From: Macrostomum lignano
Lineage: Eukaryota
Assembly (NCBI GenBank): GCA_002269645.1
Contig: NIVC01001966.1
Coordinates: 1-64,000 of the forward strand
Direction of reading: 5' to 3'
DNA: 64,000 nt
A model generated the notes under the pieces. The model was not told the origin of the DNA. It saw nothing but the letters and a program-made list of their open reading frames with translations, and searched no databases. Position numbers and translations under genes: made by a program. The stretch's first letter is position 1. The number at the start of each line of letters is the position of its first letter. Positions 1 to 27,500 of the stretch are shown here, piece by piece.

Positions 1-162
1 TCTTCTCTCAGTGTCTGTCTGTCTTCTCTCAGTGTCTGTCTGTCTTCTCTCAGTGTCTATCTGTCTTCTCTCAGTGTCTATCTGTCTTCTCTCAGTGTCT
101 GTCTGTCTTCTCTCAGTGTCTGTCTGTCTTCTCTCAGTGTCTGTCTGTCTGTCTACTCTCAG

Positions 163-240
<78 letters not shown>

Positions 241-277
241 CTTTCAGTGTCTGTCTTTTCTCAGTGTCTGTCTATAG
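1..277. repeat. Compound microsatellite: TCTCTCAGTGTCTGTCTG-type units plus (TGTC)n, in a SNM1A intron
   Basis: Directly visible tandem units; explains the spurious SVCL ORFs 11..277 and 162..449. Confidence 0.95.
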
Positions 278-293
278 GCCAGCCTGTCCCCAC

Positions 294-7116
<6,823 letters not shown>

Positions 7117-8969
7117 GCATGCGATTGAATCTGCTGAAATTAATCAAATATGATTATGCAATTGGATAGAGTTCTGAATCTATTCCTTCTATCGAATGCA
7201 AGAAAATGTTCCGTTCACTGCCTAATTTGAAGCATCATCAGAATCTCCGATTTTAGCCATAGACAAAAGCCCAAATAAAACTTACTGCTATTAACTTACT
7301 GTGATTGGAAGCAAACAGTTTTTGAGAAGTCAAGCATTTAATACAAGACACAGCCAACCATATTCAACCCATGCTTCGATTGTCTATGGCCAAAACCGTT
7401 TATGGGGAGAAGTCTGCAACTGCAACTGTGACCAAACTGTCAGACCTCATGTGTGCTCAATCAGATGTTTTCACAGGCCAAAAAGCGGGGCAGGAAGCGG
7501 TCCTGGCAACCGCGATGACATCGACGCCTGACTCCTCGTAGACTCCCCAGCTCCACTTGCACGGCGGGCATGACTTGTCTCTGTGTCTTGAATTCAATGC
7601 TGTGCCTGCTTCACAGACCATTTATCGTGTTTTGACCAAAGACAAATGCAGATGCATGGGTTGGACCATAGAAACTTTTGACACTTATTGTGCCTTTATA
7701 GTTGTGAACCTACCGCACAACATTGCACACAAGACCCAAATGAATGTGACCCAGGAGGTCGTGGCATGAGTCAGACGCGTTCGCCACCTACAAAACCTAC
7801 ATTTGTATGCCCATTTCTTAGCACTCGAACCAGATGTACTTATATTGCTAGCTATAATTAAATAGCCAAATAATAATAAGCAAAATTCAATGTGTTTATT
7901 TATTCGCTCGTTAATTGCTTAAAAATTTAATAGGAAATAAAAAGGTGAGCGCAAAGCAAATACGCAAATATCTGATGGCGGCTGTGCGCATAAATAGTAC
8001 GTTTATTTTTTAAAGAATCTAAAAACTTTAAAGTAATATATATACGAGTTGTTTGCTCATAATTTATTTCATTCAGCGGCGGGGGTTAAGACGGTTAAAT
8101 ATTTAAAATTAGCACAAAAACAAACTATATGAGTAAAAGTCGTGCATTTTTCCGTATGTACAGAAACAATAAATCAATAAAAGAGGAGGCTAATATAAAA
8201 TATAAAGCTAACTGAAACTCGACAGCCGGCCAAGGGGTTAACAAAGGTCTCAACTTCTCTACGCGATAATGATACTACAAGTTGAGTAAAATTAGTTTTT
8301 AACGAGATCGGATATAGAAAGGAAGTGATAAATGGGATAAAACTAATTATTTCACTGTGTACACTGCGGTTATATAGTTTTTGCAAAAACTGAATCTACT
8401 ACTTAAATTAGTAGTATAACGCACACTGCGAAATCGTACCAGAAAGTAGCAACTTGGTTTCTTTAACGTATAAAAAAGGAACAAACAAAAGGAAGCAACG
8501 AAAAAAGGATTGAAATTGAGAGGGAAATTTAAATAAAACTAATATGGCAGATACGGGACGACAAACAATAGACTGTAGTTCTATGATGTCGCATAACAAA
8601 GTAAATGTTGTACTTTACAAATACGATTTAGCCATACTAAAAGTACATTACCAATTGTACTTTAATGATTTCGCGAAAGTATATAATACATTGTGTCTTT
8701 AGGAAATGGATTAAAAGTACATCGTGCACTACTGTAAGGATATGCTTTTGAAGTATATCATGCCCTTTAAGAGTCGCATAAAAAGTACATAACCCATTGT
8801 ACGAGTAATATAATGATTTCGCATCAGGTACAAAATAATTTGTGCCTTCAAGAGGTTTAAAAGTACATCGTGCACTACTTTGAGGATATCGTTGAAAAGT
8901 ACATCATAAACTGAACTTGATGATGTGTGGTTCGAAGGTTAAAAAATGAAATGAATATCGGCGAAATCT

Positions 8970-9251
8970 TCAATCGTCGTCATCGTCGGGCACGAAGATG
9001 TCGTTCTCTTCTAGGAAGGCGGCGCCCTCCTTGCTCAGAGTGGCGCCAATGAATAGAGACGGTACAATTACAATGATAGCGCGCAGGCCGCCAAGGCGCA
9101 TGCGCATTGGCCGGCCGTGCAGGGCGCCGCACTCAGTGTAAGCGCCTGCGGTGCCGTCGTAACAGCGGACTGGCCCTGTCTGCGAGTAGCCCTGCTGGCG
9201 CGGAGCTTGCAACGAGAATGTGCGGCGCAGTAACAGGAACAGGGGCCGCAT
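8970..9251 (-). CDS. SMDT1: EMRE, essential regulator of the mitochondrial calcium uniporter
   Basis: C-terminus MRLGGLRAIIVIVPSLFIGATLSKEGAAFLEENDIFVPDDDDD matches the EMRE TM helix and acidic tail. Arg-rich N-terminus resembles a presequence. ATG at 9251 follows acceptor tttgcAG; alternative ATG at 9293. Confidence 0.92.
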   Translation of the reverse strand: MRPLFLLLRRTFSLQAPRQQGYSQTGPVRCYDGTAGAYTECGALHGRPMRMRLGGLRAIIVIVPSLFIGATLSKEGAAFLEENDIFVPDDDDD

Positions 9252-9345
9252 GGCGTGACCAGGCTGCAAATTGGGGATTTGGGATCGTATCATTTTGGTT
9301 GGATTAAGTAGTCTGGGAAATAAATAATTGGGAGTTTGGCTAGAG

Positions 9346-9841
<496 letters not shown>

Positions 9842-10355
9842 GGCTAGATTAACCTACACAAAATATTACAGTAAAACACTAACGCAAGAGTGCTTTGGCA
9901 ATTCCATAAATTGAAAATGGTAAATATTTATTAGGCAAATTTATATCAGTAATAATGATTAGAATGTTCTCACAGATCCGCAGCACTCTGAACGGCAATG
10001 ACAAACAGACAGACAATCAATGAAGATTCTTGTACATTGCGATGTCGCGAAATAGAAAATGCAGTCTATGCAAGTAACCGAACGCATCCACATTGAAACA
10101 GGTATATACTGTATGCATTGTACAGAAAGACTAATTATTATTTAGCAAAACTTTAATCGCCCTCTGAAAATCACACAACAGCCGATATGTATCGAAATAA
10201 TTATAACAAAGAGTAATTAGAAATATAACAACTTGATTATACCACGTTCCAGGTAGGTTTGTTTATTGAAATTGCTTTGCTAGACTGCTTTAGTTGAGAG
10301 TTGTAGCGAAAGCAATAAGCACGAATAATAGACCATATCAGGTTTCCAGCCCCAT

Positions 10356-10700
10356 CCCGATGAAAACGGTACCAAGGCCAAGAAGTGCCCTGCAGGTAAC
10401 ACAGGTAAAATAAGAAAGAAGTGTTTTACGTCTAAAGCGCACCTTCATGAATTAGAAACGCATTTCGCATTTATAAAAACTCCATTTAGTCTACTTGAGT
10501 TAGTAGACTGTTAAGCGCTAACACGACTCTCTTGGACGATGCGTCGTTTGAGTCAAAAGAAATCACAAGAATAACCCCAGAGTCGCTGGAGTCACTAGTG
10601 AGTCATTTACAGTGGCTCTTTAGCGATTATTGTCACTGACGCTTTTGACGGGTAAGTGTCTGCACCCTGGGTGTCAGTAGTAGTCATGCGACTACTCACT
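10356..10700. repeat. Interspersed GAGTC/GACTC-rich repeat (non-autonomous DNA-transposon-like), homologous to 33255-33665
   Basis: Shared blocks CCC(T/C)GATGAAAACGGTACC, CAGGTAAAATAAGAAAGAAGTG, CGCATTTCGCATTTATAA..ACTCCATTTAGTCTACTTGAGT, TTAAGCGCTAACAC. Confidence 0.75.
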
Positions 10701-10732
10701 AGCTTATTCGGATTAGATGAATTCGAAGAATT

Positions 10733-16479
<5,747 letters not shown>

Positions 16480-17094
16480 AGTGCAAAATTACACTAATAA
16501 AAAAGAATAAATAAAAACACGCATTAAGAGACAAGTTCAGCCCATTTGCGTGTACAGTAGCCGCCTCTGTAGTCAGCAGAAAAAGCGCGGTAAGTTGATA
16601 CGGTCATTACAATAAAAATCGGTCAATAGTGCATTTTCACTTTAAGTCGATAGTGAAATATTTTAGAAATGGGTGGTCTCTCACTCCCATGGCTCTATGT
16701 TTACTTCGAGTATCACTGTGAGAGCCAAATAACTGAGACGGCGGATTCAACTGACTTTTCCTGATGATGCAACTACTTGATGGTAACTTACAGACCGTTG
16801 TATGTGATGGTCACAATCTCGAGATGTTATCTTACAAAAATATAAGGTCTACAGGTGGTATTCCAAATAAGAAGCTCGTTCGATTAAGTTATAATGGGTT
16901 CTTGTTGTTTGGGTGAACCGAAGGTTGAGTCTATTGTGGAGAAAGGGTTGTTTGTCAATTCAACTTCAGTGGGTCAAGTTATTGGCTTTGGTATATGGGT
17001 TGAGACCCTAACTGTTTCAATAAAAGTAATTCTTAGATAGCTGACAGAAGCTAATAGAGGCAGGGGCGAGACAGGCAAAAGGAGGGCAAAGGCG

Positions 17095-17240
17095 GGAGAG
17101 CTTCTTGCTTGGTTAACAGGGGTTTTTATAGTACTTTTCGGTCTTGATCGAATTGGGTGGTACATAACTACCTTTCATTGGTTGAGGTCGTGTCCTCAGC
17201 TTTTGCTAGTTGGAAGTTGGAACGCATTCATTGGTTGGAA
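17095..17240 (-). promoter_or_regulatory. Candidate Pol II promoter (TATAAAA plus CCAAT boxes) upstream of muskelin, or a solo-LTR promoter
   Basis: Minus-strand TATAAAA at ~17124-17130 and CCAAT motifs at ~17152, ~17178 and ~17230, followed by a pyrimidine-rich stretch. Confidence 0.35.
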
Positions 17241-18538
17241 ATACATTCAAACTAGATTGAAGCTTACAGGGCCAAAATGTATCACTTCAATAGTGCATTT
17301 GTACTTTAAAAGTACACGTTACTTTAAAAGTACACATGTACTTAAAAATACACATGTTACCTCTTAAAAGTACATATGTACCTTTACAAGTACGCATGTA
17401 CTTTTCACGGCTCTTTAAAAATGCGAGCGAAATTATATATAGATTTCTTAAAAGTACAATTGCTTTCAACTATAGATATTCTCACTAAGTCGTTATCTAC
17501 GCTGCATGAAAAGGGCAAAAAACAAACAATGAGGCAACCAGTTAAAGATAGTTGTCAACGATACACTATATATTTAAATTGTTATTAATAATTCGCTCGT
17601 AGTTAAATAAAAGACCAAAAAATATCCGAATCACTGACTCTCGGCACTCGTCTACTGACAATCGATAAAATAGTGAATATTTAGTAGCGAGAAAACCTAT
17701 ACTGGTCCAAAATAAAATGCGTACAAAAATATTTGCTCAAGCCGCGTAATAAAAAACTATTCGCATCTCTCAACAATGCTTGTTACTAATAGTAGCACGA
17801 TGCAACCGATGGGATCAACAAAATTAAATAGGAGTTGGAAAAATGATTCGTCAAAAAGATTATAGCGCTTGCTATCATTGCACTCGGGCAAATCTTTTGA
17901 AATGATTGTTTAATTAACTAGAATTTGCAGCTGACTTGGCAGTAATAGGTGATAGTAATTAATAATAGGTGATAGTAATTACAAAATCTGAATAATAATA
18001 TTACGAGTCCGCGTAGAAAAAAACTGACCAAATTTAATGCAGATTACATTGCCGACTATAACTAAAGAAGCGGGAACTAACTAAAATAAAACTGGCAGCT
18101 AATAATTAGTTAAACCGTAAAACATATTCATCGCCAAGTCTTAAAGGACACTTGAAACCATTGATCCATTTTTCTTAGATTTATAGCGATTTTTTTTGAC
18201 GCTTACAGCAACAATATCTTACAGCAAGGAGGGAATGACAGGCGACAGAGGCCGACATTTCCTCTATCCTACCTCCTCTCCCATCTCCTATTTCCCCTCT
18301 CTTATCTTTTCTCTCCCATTTCCCATCTCCTATATTTTCTCTCCCATCCCCCCTCTCTCATTTCCCCTTTCCTATCTCTCCCTAGCGAGAATGGCAGCGT
18401 AACGCTAACGCACACAAGCCTGGAAATCGGCACGATGAGCTACTGGTATTGGTTTATATAGGAAATGGATTTTTGGGTACAGCATTCTGTTTTTATAAAT
18501 ATTAGTCCTTAGTTTTGCTGATGGATTTAATAATCGAC

Positions 18539-20789
<2,251 letters not shown>

Positions 20790-21507
20790 TTAATTATTTA
20801 TTATTGAATATTTTCAACTAGCTCGTTCGTATCACTTGTCGTCGGTCTAGCAAGACTGTAGCATGCAACGGCGAGAGACGTCACAGTTAATTAAATATTT
20901 GCGAATAACATTTCCGGAATAACATTAACTCTCTCCTTAGTCCTTTCTGTCCTCTCATTGGCTGAGCTAGATTGGGCTTGCCCCCTCGACTAAGTTTCGC
21001 CCTTCTTGCGTTCACTTGAGTACATCGAGTTAAATACTTGTTGTTCATTCTTAACCCCATATGCTCCTGAGGCAGCAAACCCCGAAGAAGGAAAGGAAAT
21101 TTCAGCTGCCACACATTAAATTTAAGTGACACTGCAAAGACAAACTAAATAAACAGTAGACGTTCTACTTTTTCAAAGCTGTAAAGTGGCATATTTAGTT
21201 ATTCTAGTATCTGTGTTGTAACATTCAGAGGACGCAAAAAATCCTCCAAAAACGCAAAACAAAAAACCCGCATCTTAGGATACCAATATGCACACAGACA
21301 CACATACTCGTGTATATATAGAACTAGATAAGCAGATTATAACACAGACAGGGCTACCGCAACCAGTTAAACTCATTAGCTAATGAGAACAAAACGTAAA
21401 TAGCACAACAGCAAAAGTCATAAATATGATGGGATTTAATCAATCACAACTATTTAAGCAACACAATGGATTGATTAGACAGACGGACAGGCTATAACAG
21501 CAACAGT

Positions 21508-24500
21508 TCACTTCTTAGCGGAAGCAGATTTCCAAGCTTTGCCGAGCTCCACAATCCGAGGAAAAATGGCATCAATTTCTTCTGAAGCAGTTTCGTCTCG
21601 TTTAGCTCGTCGAACTACCAATTCCTGGGCAGATTGAAGCAGTTCGCCAGCGTTCGGATCGCGAAGCCGATTATTTGAGCGCAGATAGTTGATTAGCTGG
21701 GGCACTGCTCGGCCAGGGGCGTGCACAGGCAGGCCGGTACAGGCCTGGACCAGTAGGGAGACAGTCACCAGCAGGGTGAGCTCGGGTTCGGCAGAGTCGA
21801 GCGAGTCAACCAGGAGGGCGGCGGTTTCGGCGCAGAGCGTCTTCTCCGCTTTCTTGTCGGCCGGCTTTAGAAGGAGGCCGAGACGGTTGCACATGCCGTC
21901 CACGTGGGAGTGGATCTGCAGCGGCAGTGGCAGTGTGGGACAGAATTGTAGGGGCAGAAAACGCAGAGGCAGATTCAATGGCTACTTATACAGCCGAGGC
22001 AGATTCAAGGGCTGCTGAGACAGTGGAGGGGCAGATTCAATGGGTACTGAGACAGTGGAGAGGAGTAGTATGTATAATTACGAGTATGGATCTGGGAGCA
22101 CTATTTTAATAAGGGGGTTTAAGTAGTCTAGTGGGGGGGGGGGGTACTGGGGCAAAATCACTAACATCACAAAATTCGCATCTCACACCCCCGCTCGCAC
22201 CATCACATACCATCTCCCATACCCACAACGACACACTCGATGCGAATTTTGTTTTAAATATTTTTTTTTCCTTTGGTTATTCCGAAGGTATGCAAGTGTA
22301 AACACTTCATTTATTATAGTTTAAAAACGATTATTGTGGCAACCGGCCGCGGGGAGTAGCTCGTAGGACTGTTATTTTGAGTTATTATCTGCTAGTTTCT
22401 GTTTTTGTTAATTAGTGTGTTTTTGTGTATTGGTGTTTTTGTGTATTAGTGTGTTTTTGCTGTCTAGAAGGGGGTACTAAAGACTTCAATTGTGTTTCTT
22501 AATTGGATCTAATGTAGTACTATGTAGTAGTATGTATAGTTACGTGGATGGAGATGTGGGTTCTATTTTAATAAGGTGGTTTAAGTGGTCTAGTGGGGGT
22601 ACTAGGAGGCAAATTATACTCAGTTTAATGACTAACACAGGAATTCAGGGTTTTCTATTATACTCATCATATACCGAAGCGCCAACCTTAGACCCAAACT
22701 GGCTACAGCAGGAAAGTGAGTTGCGTACTCATGAAAAGCATTTATTATTTTCAGCACTCCACCTCAAGCTCTAATTGAGAGTATAAGAACGATGAAATCT
22801 AAAAAAACTAGTCACATCAAATAGACTCTTAGGTACAACTCCATATATCTGTCTTTTATAAGAACTAAGAAACTTATTTATCATGGCTGTATCGAAAGAA
22901 GCAAAGATTTCATCTATTGTCGAGATGGGTACTAATTTGTCAAAGAAGAATACGTCGCTAATTAGTTGTCGTCTTAAAGATTTCTCGGAGAAGGAATTGG
23001 AGACCTTTTAAATTAGTTTAGAAAAGTTGGATGGAGTGAGTGAAAAGAAGGTGTAAGTAAGTTTATATTTCTTAAAGCTTCGCTTTTATATTGTAGGTTT
23101 CAACGAAAATCCTGACGTGGAAGACAGGGAATATGCTACTGAGAGCGACACCGAAGTCCGAGAGGTGCTCGAGAGTGAAAAATGGGTGAAGAAGTAAACA
23201 ATTTGCATTCTATTTTCCACTTCTACTAAACTGACTATCTTTTTAGTGTATACATGATTTTTTCTAAACGTTGAGAAAAATTAATGTGTGTGTTCCAAAG
23301 TCTTTTTAGTGTATACATGATTTTCTCTAAACGTTGAGAAAAATTCATGTGCTGTTTTACACACAATGCGCCGAGGACAGAGAAAAATGGCCACTCATTA
23401 AATAAAAAGCTTCTATAGTGCTCCAGCGGGGCAGGCCATTTGCGCCATCGGGCATAGCCCGCGAACCATAGGTTCATTCTTTGGATAGAGATTCTCTTGT
23501 GTTCGCGACTTATTTATTCTCTATACAAGATTAAGAAAATGAGCTATAAAATAAAACCACTCGAGATGCTTGAGTACTAGCTTTTTCTTTTGTGTCTGCG
23601 CCTTCATTTTTTTCTGTAACTAAAAATAGACGGGTAAGCCTAGCTTCCCACCCCCGTTTAACAACAACAACTAAAAATAGACAAAAATGACGCACATTAC
23701 ACACGCATACAATCTGAATAAATTGCAAATAGGAGACTCAGTAGAATACCGGGTCGGTTGAAGGCCTTTTTGACATAATAGGCACTGCAGCAAATTTAGT
23801 AAAAGACTAGCAATTTAAGCCCCCCATTGGGGGGCGCAAGAATGACGCCAAGTGGTTTTTATTTTGGCCAATGAGTAAAAACCTTACTTATTATTCAAAA
23901 TCCATTAATCAAAACTTACTTTTTCTCATTTTTGGCAAAAATAAATTGCCATGAATCAAAACCTTCACCAGCCAAAGTTTCCTTCATCAGCCCAAAACCC
24001 TTTCTCATTCAGCAAATAGTACTTATCCTTTCAAGCACAAACTCTTAGGGCATATTGTCATTGGCCTGGGCATATTCTGGTCCGCAGCAGGAGCTCAATA
24101 TGCCATAAGCCTTGATGACATCTCAATAATTTCCCCAGTAAGCCTTGACATCTCAGTAATTCCCCCAGTAAACCTTGACAATTCAGCAATTCCCCCAGTA
24201 AGCCTTGAAATCTCAGTAATTCCTCCAGTAAGTCTTGACTTCTCACAATTCCCCCAGTAGGCCTTGAAAACTCAGCAATTCCCCCAAGTAAGCCTTGACA
24301 TCTCAGTAATTCCCCCATTAAGCCTTGAAAACTCAGCAATTCCACCCAGTAAGCCTTGAAATCTCAGTAATTCCTCCAGTAAGTCTTGACTTCTCACAAT
24401 TCCCCCAGTAGGCCTTGACACTGTCCACGCTGTCCACTGAGCGATACTCTCGCAGTTATACAGATTCACCGCGCCGACAATCAGCCTGTCTCTGCCGCTG

Positions 24501-27500
24501 CTCTTCCAGACGGGTAATCCGCTCAGCCTCGTCCTCAGCAGCGCGAAACTCAGCCTGTCTCTGCTGCTGTTCCTCCAGACGGGCAATCCGCTCAGCCTCG
24601 TCTTCAGCAGCGCAAAACTCAGCCTGTCTCTGCCGCTGTTCCTCCAGACGGGCAATCCGCTCAGCCTCGTCTTCAGCAACGCGACACTCAGCCTGTCTCT
24701 GCCGCTGTTCCTCCAGACGGGCAATCCGCTCAGCCTCGTCTTCAGCAACGCGACATTCAGCCTGTCTCTGCCGCTGTTCCTCCAGACGGGCAAACCGCTC
24801 AGCCTCGTCTTCAGCAACGCGACATTCAGCCTGTCTCTGCCGCTGTTCCTCCAGACGGGCAAACCGCTCAGCCTCGTCTTCAACAGCGCGGCGCTCGGCG
24901 TCTCGCCGCCGCTGCTCTTCCAGACGGGCATCGCGCTCTCCAGCAGACTCGGCCAGTCGTCTTTTCTTTGCGTCACGGCTTCTCTTCAAATGGCTTGCGC
25001 CACGGCGCACCATCATACAGTGGGGCTAAATAGATAAAGCACTATTAGAGGGTTCAAAAACCAAAGAAAAGAAAGAAGGAAAGGAAGCAGTGGGCTACAT
25101 AAAAACCAAGCAGCCTACAGCTATTAGCATTATAATCTATGGCCAAAACCGTTTGCAAGCTCTCACTGCCGAAAAAATACATTAGCGAGATGGGCAAAAA
25201 CCTGTTTTCTGACAATTGAGAGGCCTCTTTAATTTGGATAGCTTATTAAAAATACATGTACTGATTCCGGACAATTTGCCATCTAATGGTGCAAAAACGG
25301 AGAAAATCGGTCATTCCGTTCGCAAGATTTTCTGTTACAAGCAAACAAACAAACAAACAAACTCAACTTTAGTATATACTAGCAATTTAAGCCCCCCGTT
25401 GGGGGGAGCGCAAAAATGACGCCAAGTGGTTTTTATTTTAGCCAATGAGTAATAACCTTACTTATTATTCAAAATCCAATCAAAACTTACTTTTTCAAAT
25501 TTTTGGCAAAAATAAATTGCCATGTATCAAAATCTTCACCAGCCAAAGTTTCCTTCATCAGCCCAAAACCCTTTCTCATTCAGCAAATAGTACTTATCCT
25601 TTCAAGCACAAACTCTTAGGGCATATCGTCATTGGCCTGGGCATATTCTGGTCCGCAGCAGGAGCTCAATATGCCATAAGCCTTGATGACATCTCAATAA
25701 TTTCCCCAGTAAGCCTTGACATCTCAGCAATTCCTCTCAGTAAGCCTTGACCTCTCAGCAATTCCTCTCAGTAAGCCTTGACAATTCAGCAATTCCCCCC
25801 AGTAAACCTTGACAATTCAGCAATTCCCCCAGTAAGCCTTGACATCTCAGCAATTCCCCCCAGTAAGCCTTGAAATCTCAGTAACTCCCCAGTAAGTCTC
25901 GAATCTCAGTTATTCTTCCAGTAAGTCTTGAAGTCTAAGCAATTTCCCCAGTAAGCCTTGACATCTCAGCAATTCATCCAAGAAAGCCTTGAAATCTCAG
26001 CAATTCCCCCAGTAAGCCTTGAAGTCTCAGTAATTCCCCAGTAAGTCTCGAATCTCAGTAAATCCTCCAGTAAGTCTTGACTTCTCACAATTCCCCCAGT
26101 AGGCCTTGACAACTCAGCAATTCCCCCAGTAAACCTTGAAATCTCAGAAATTCCCCCAGTAAGCCTTGAAGTCTCAGCAATTCCCCCAGTAAGCCTTGAC
26201 AACTCAGCAATTCCCCCAGTGAACCTTGAAGTCTCAGAAATTTCCCCAGTAAGCCTCGACATCGCAGTAATTACCCCATTAAGCCTTGACATCTCAGAAA
26301 TCCCCCCAGTAAGCCTTGACATTGCAGCAATTAAACTCGAGCCTTGGCATCTACGCAATTCTCCCAGTCCAGTAAGCCTCGAGATTGCAGCAATTCCCCC
26401 AGTAAGCCTTGACAACTCAGCAATTCATCCAAGAAAGCCTTGAAGTCTCAGCAATTTCCTGAGTAAGCCTTGAAATCTCAGAAATTCCCCCAGTAAGCCT
26501 TGAAGTCTCAGCAATTCCCCCAGTAAGCCTTGACAACTCAGCAATTCCCCCCAGTAAGCCTTGAAATCTCAGTAATTCCCCAGTAAGTCTCGAATCTCAG
26601 TAATTCCTACAGTAAGTCTTGACTTCTCACAATTCCCCCAGTAGGCCTTGACAACTCAGCAATTCCCCCAAGTAAGCCTTCACATCTCAGCAATTCCCCC
26701 AGTAAGCCTTGACAACTCAGCAATTCCCCAGTAAACCTTGAAATCTCAGAAATTCCCCCAGTAAGCCTTGAAGTCTCAGCAATTCCCCCAGTAAGCCTTG
26801 AAATCTCAGAAATTCCCCCAGTAAGCCTTGAAGTCTCAGCAATTCTCCCAGTAGGCCTTGACAACTCAGCAATTCCCCCAGTAGGCCTTGACAACTCAGC
26901 AATTCCCCCAGTAGGCCTTGACAACTCAGCAATTCCCCCAGTAGGCCTTGACAACTCAGCAATTCCCCCAAGTAAGCCTTCACATCTCAGCAATTCCCCT
27001 AGTAAGCCTTGACAACTCAGCAATTCATCCAAGAAAGCCTTGAAATCTCAGCAATTTCCCCAGTAAGCCTTGAAATCTCAGAAATTCCCCCAGTAAGCCT
27101 TGAAGTCTCAGAAATTTCCCCAGTAAGCCTCGACATCGCAGCAATTCCCCCAAGTAAGCCTTCACATCTCAGTAATTTCCTCAGTAAGCCTTGACATCTC
27201 AGTAATTCCCCCAGTAAGCCTTGACATCTCAGCAATTCCTCCCAGTTAGCCTTTGGCTGGTGAAGGTTTTGATACATGGCAATTTATTTTTGCCAAAAAT
27301 GAGAAAAAGTAAGTTTTGATTAATGGATTTTGAATAATAAGTAAGGTTATTACTCATTGGCCAAAATAAAAACCACTTGGCGTCATTCTTGCGTCCCCCA
27401 ACGGGGGGCTTAAATTGCTAGTAGTTGCTTTTAATCAAAAAATGTTCGATTAGTCCAGGCACAAGCTAAAAATAAATGAAAATTAAAAATTTAATATATT

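Noticed and set aside
8590-8920. AAAAGTACAT-rich ~140-bp duplication (similar motifs at 17270-17460) as a regulatory array
   Set aside because: Looks like the interior of an old non-autonomous transposon; no clear termini or function can be supported.
22883-23200. Small spliced gene in the Polinton left arm
   Set aside because: In-frame stop, and I could not find consistent splice phases; kept only as part of the remnant.
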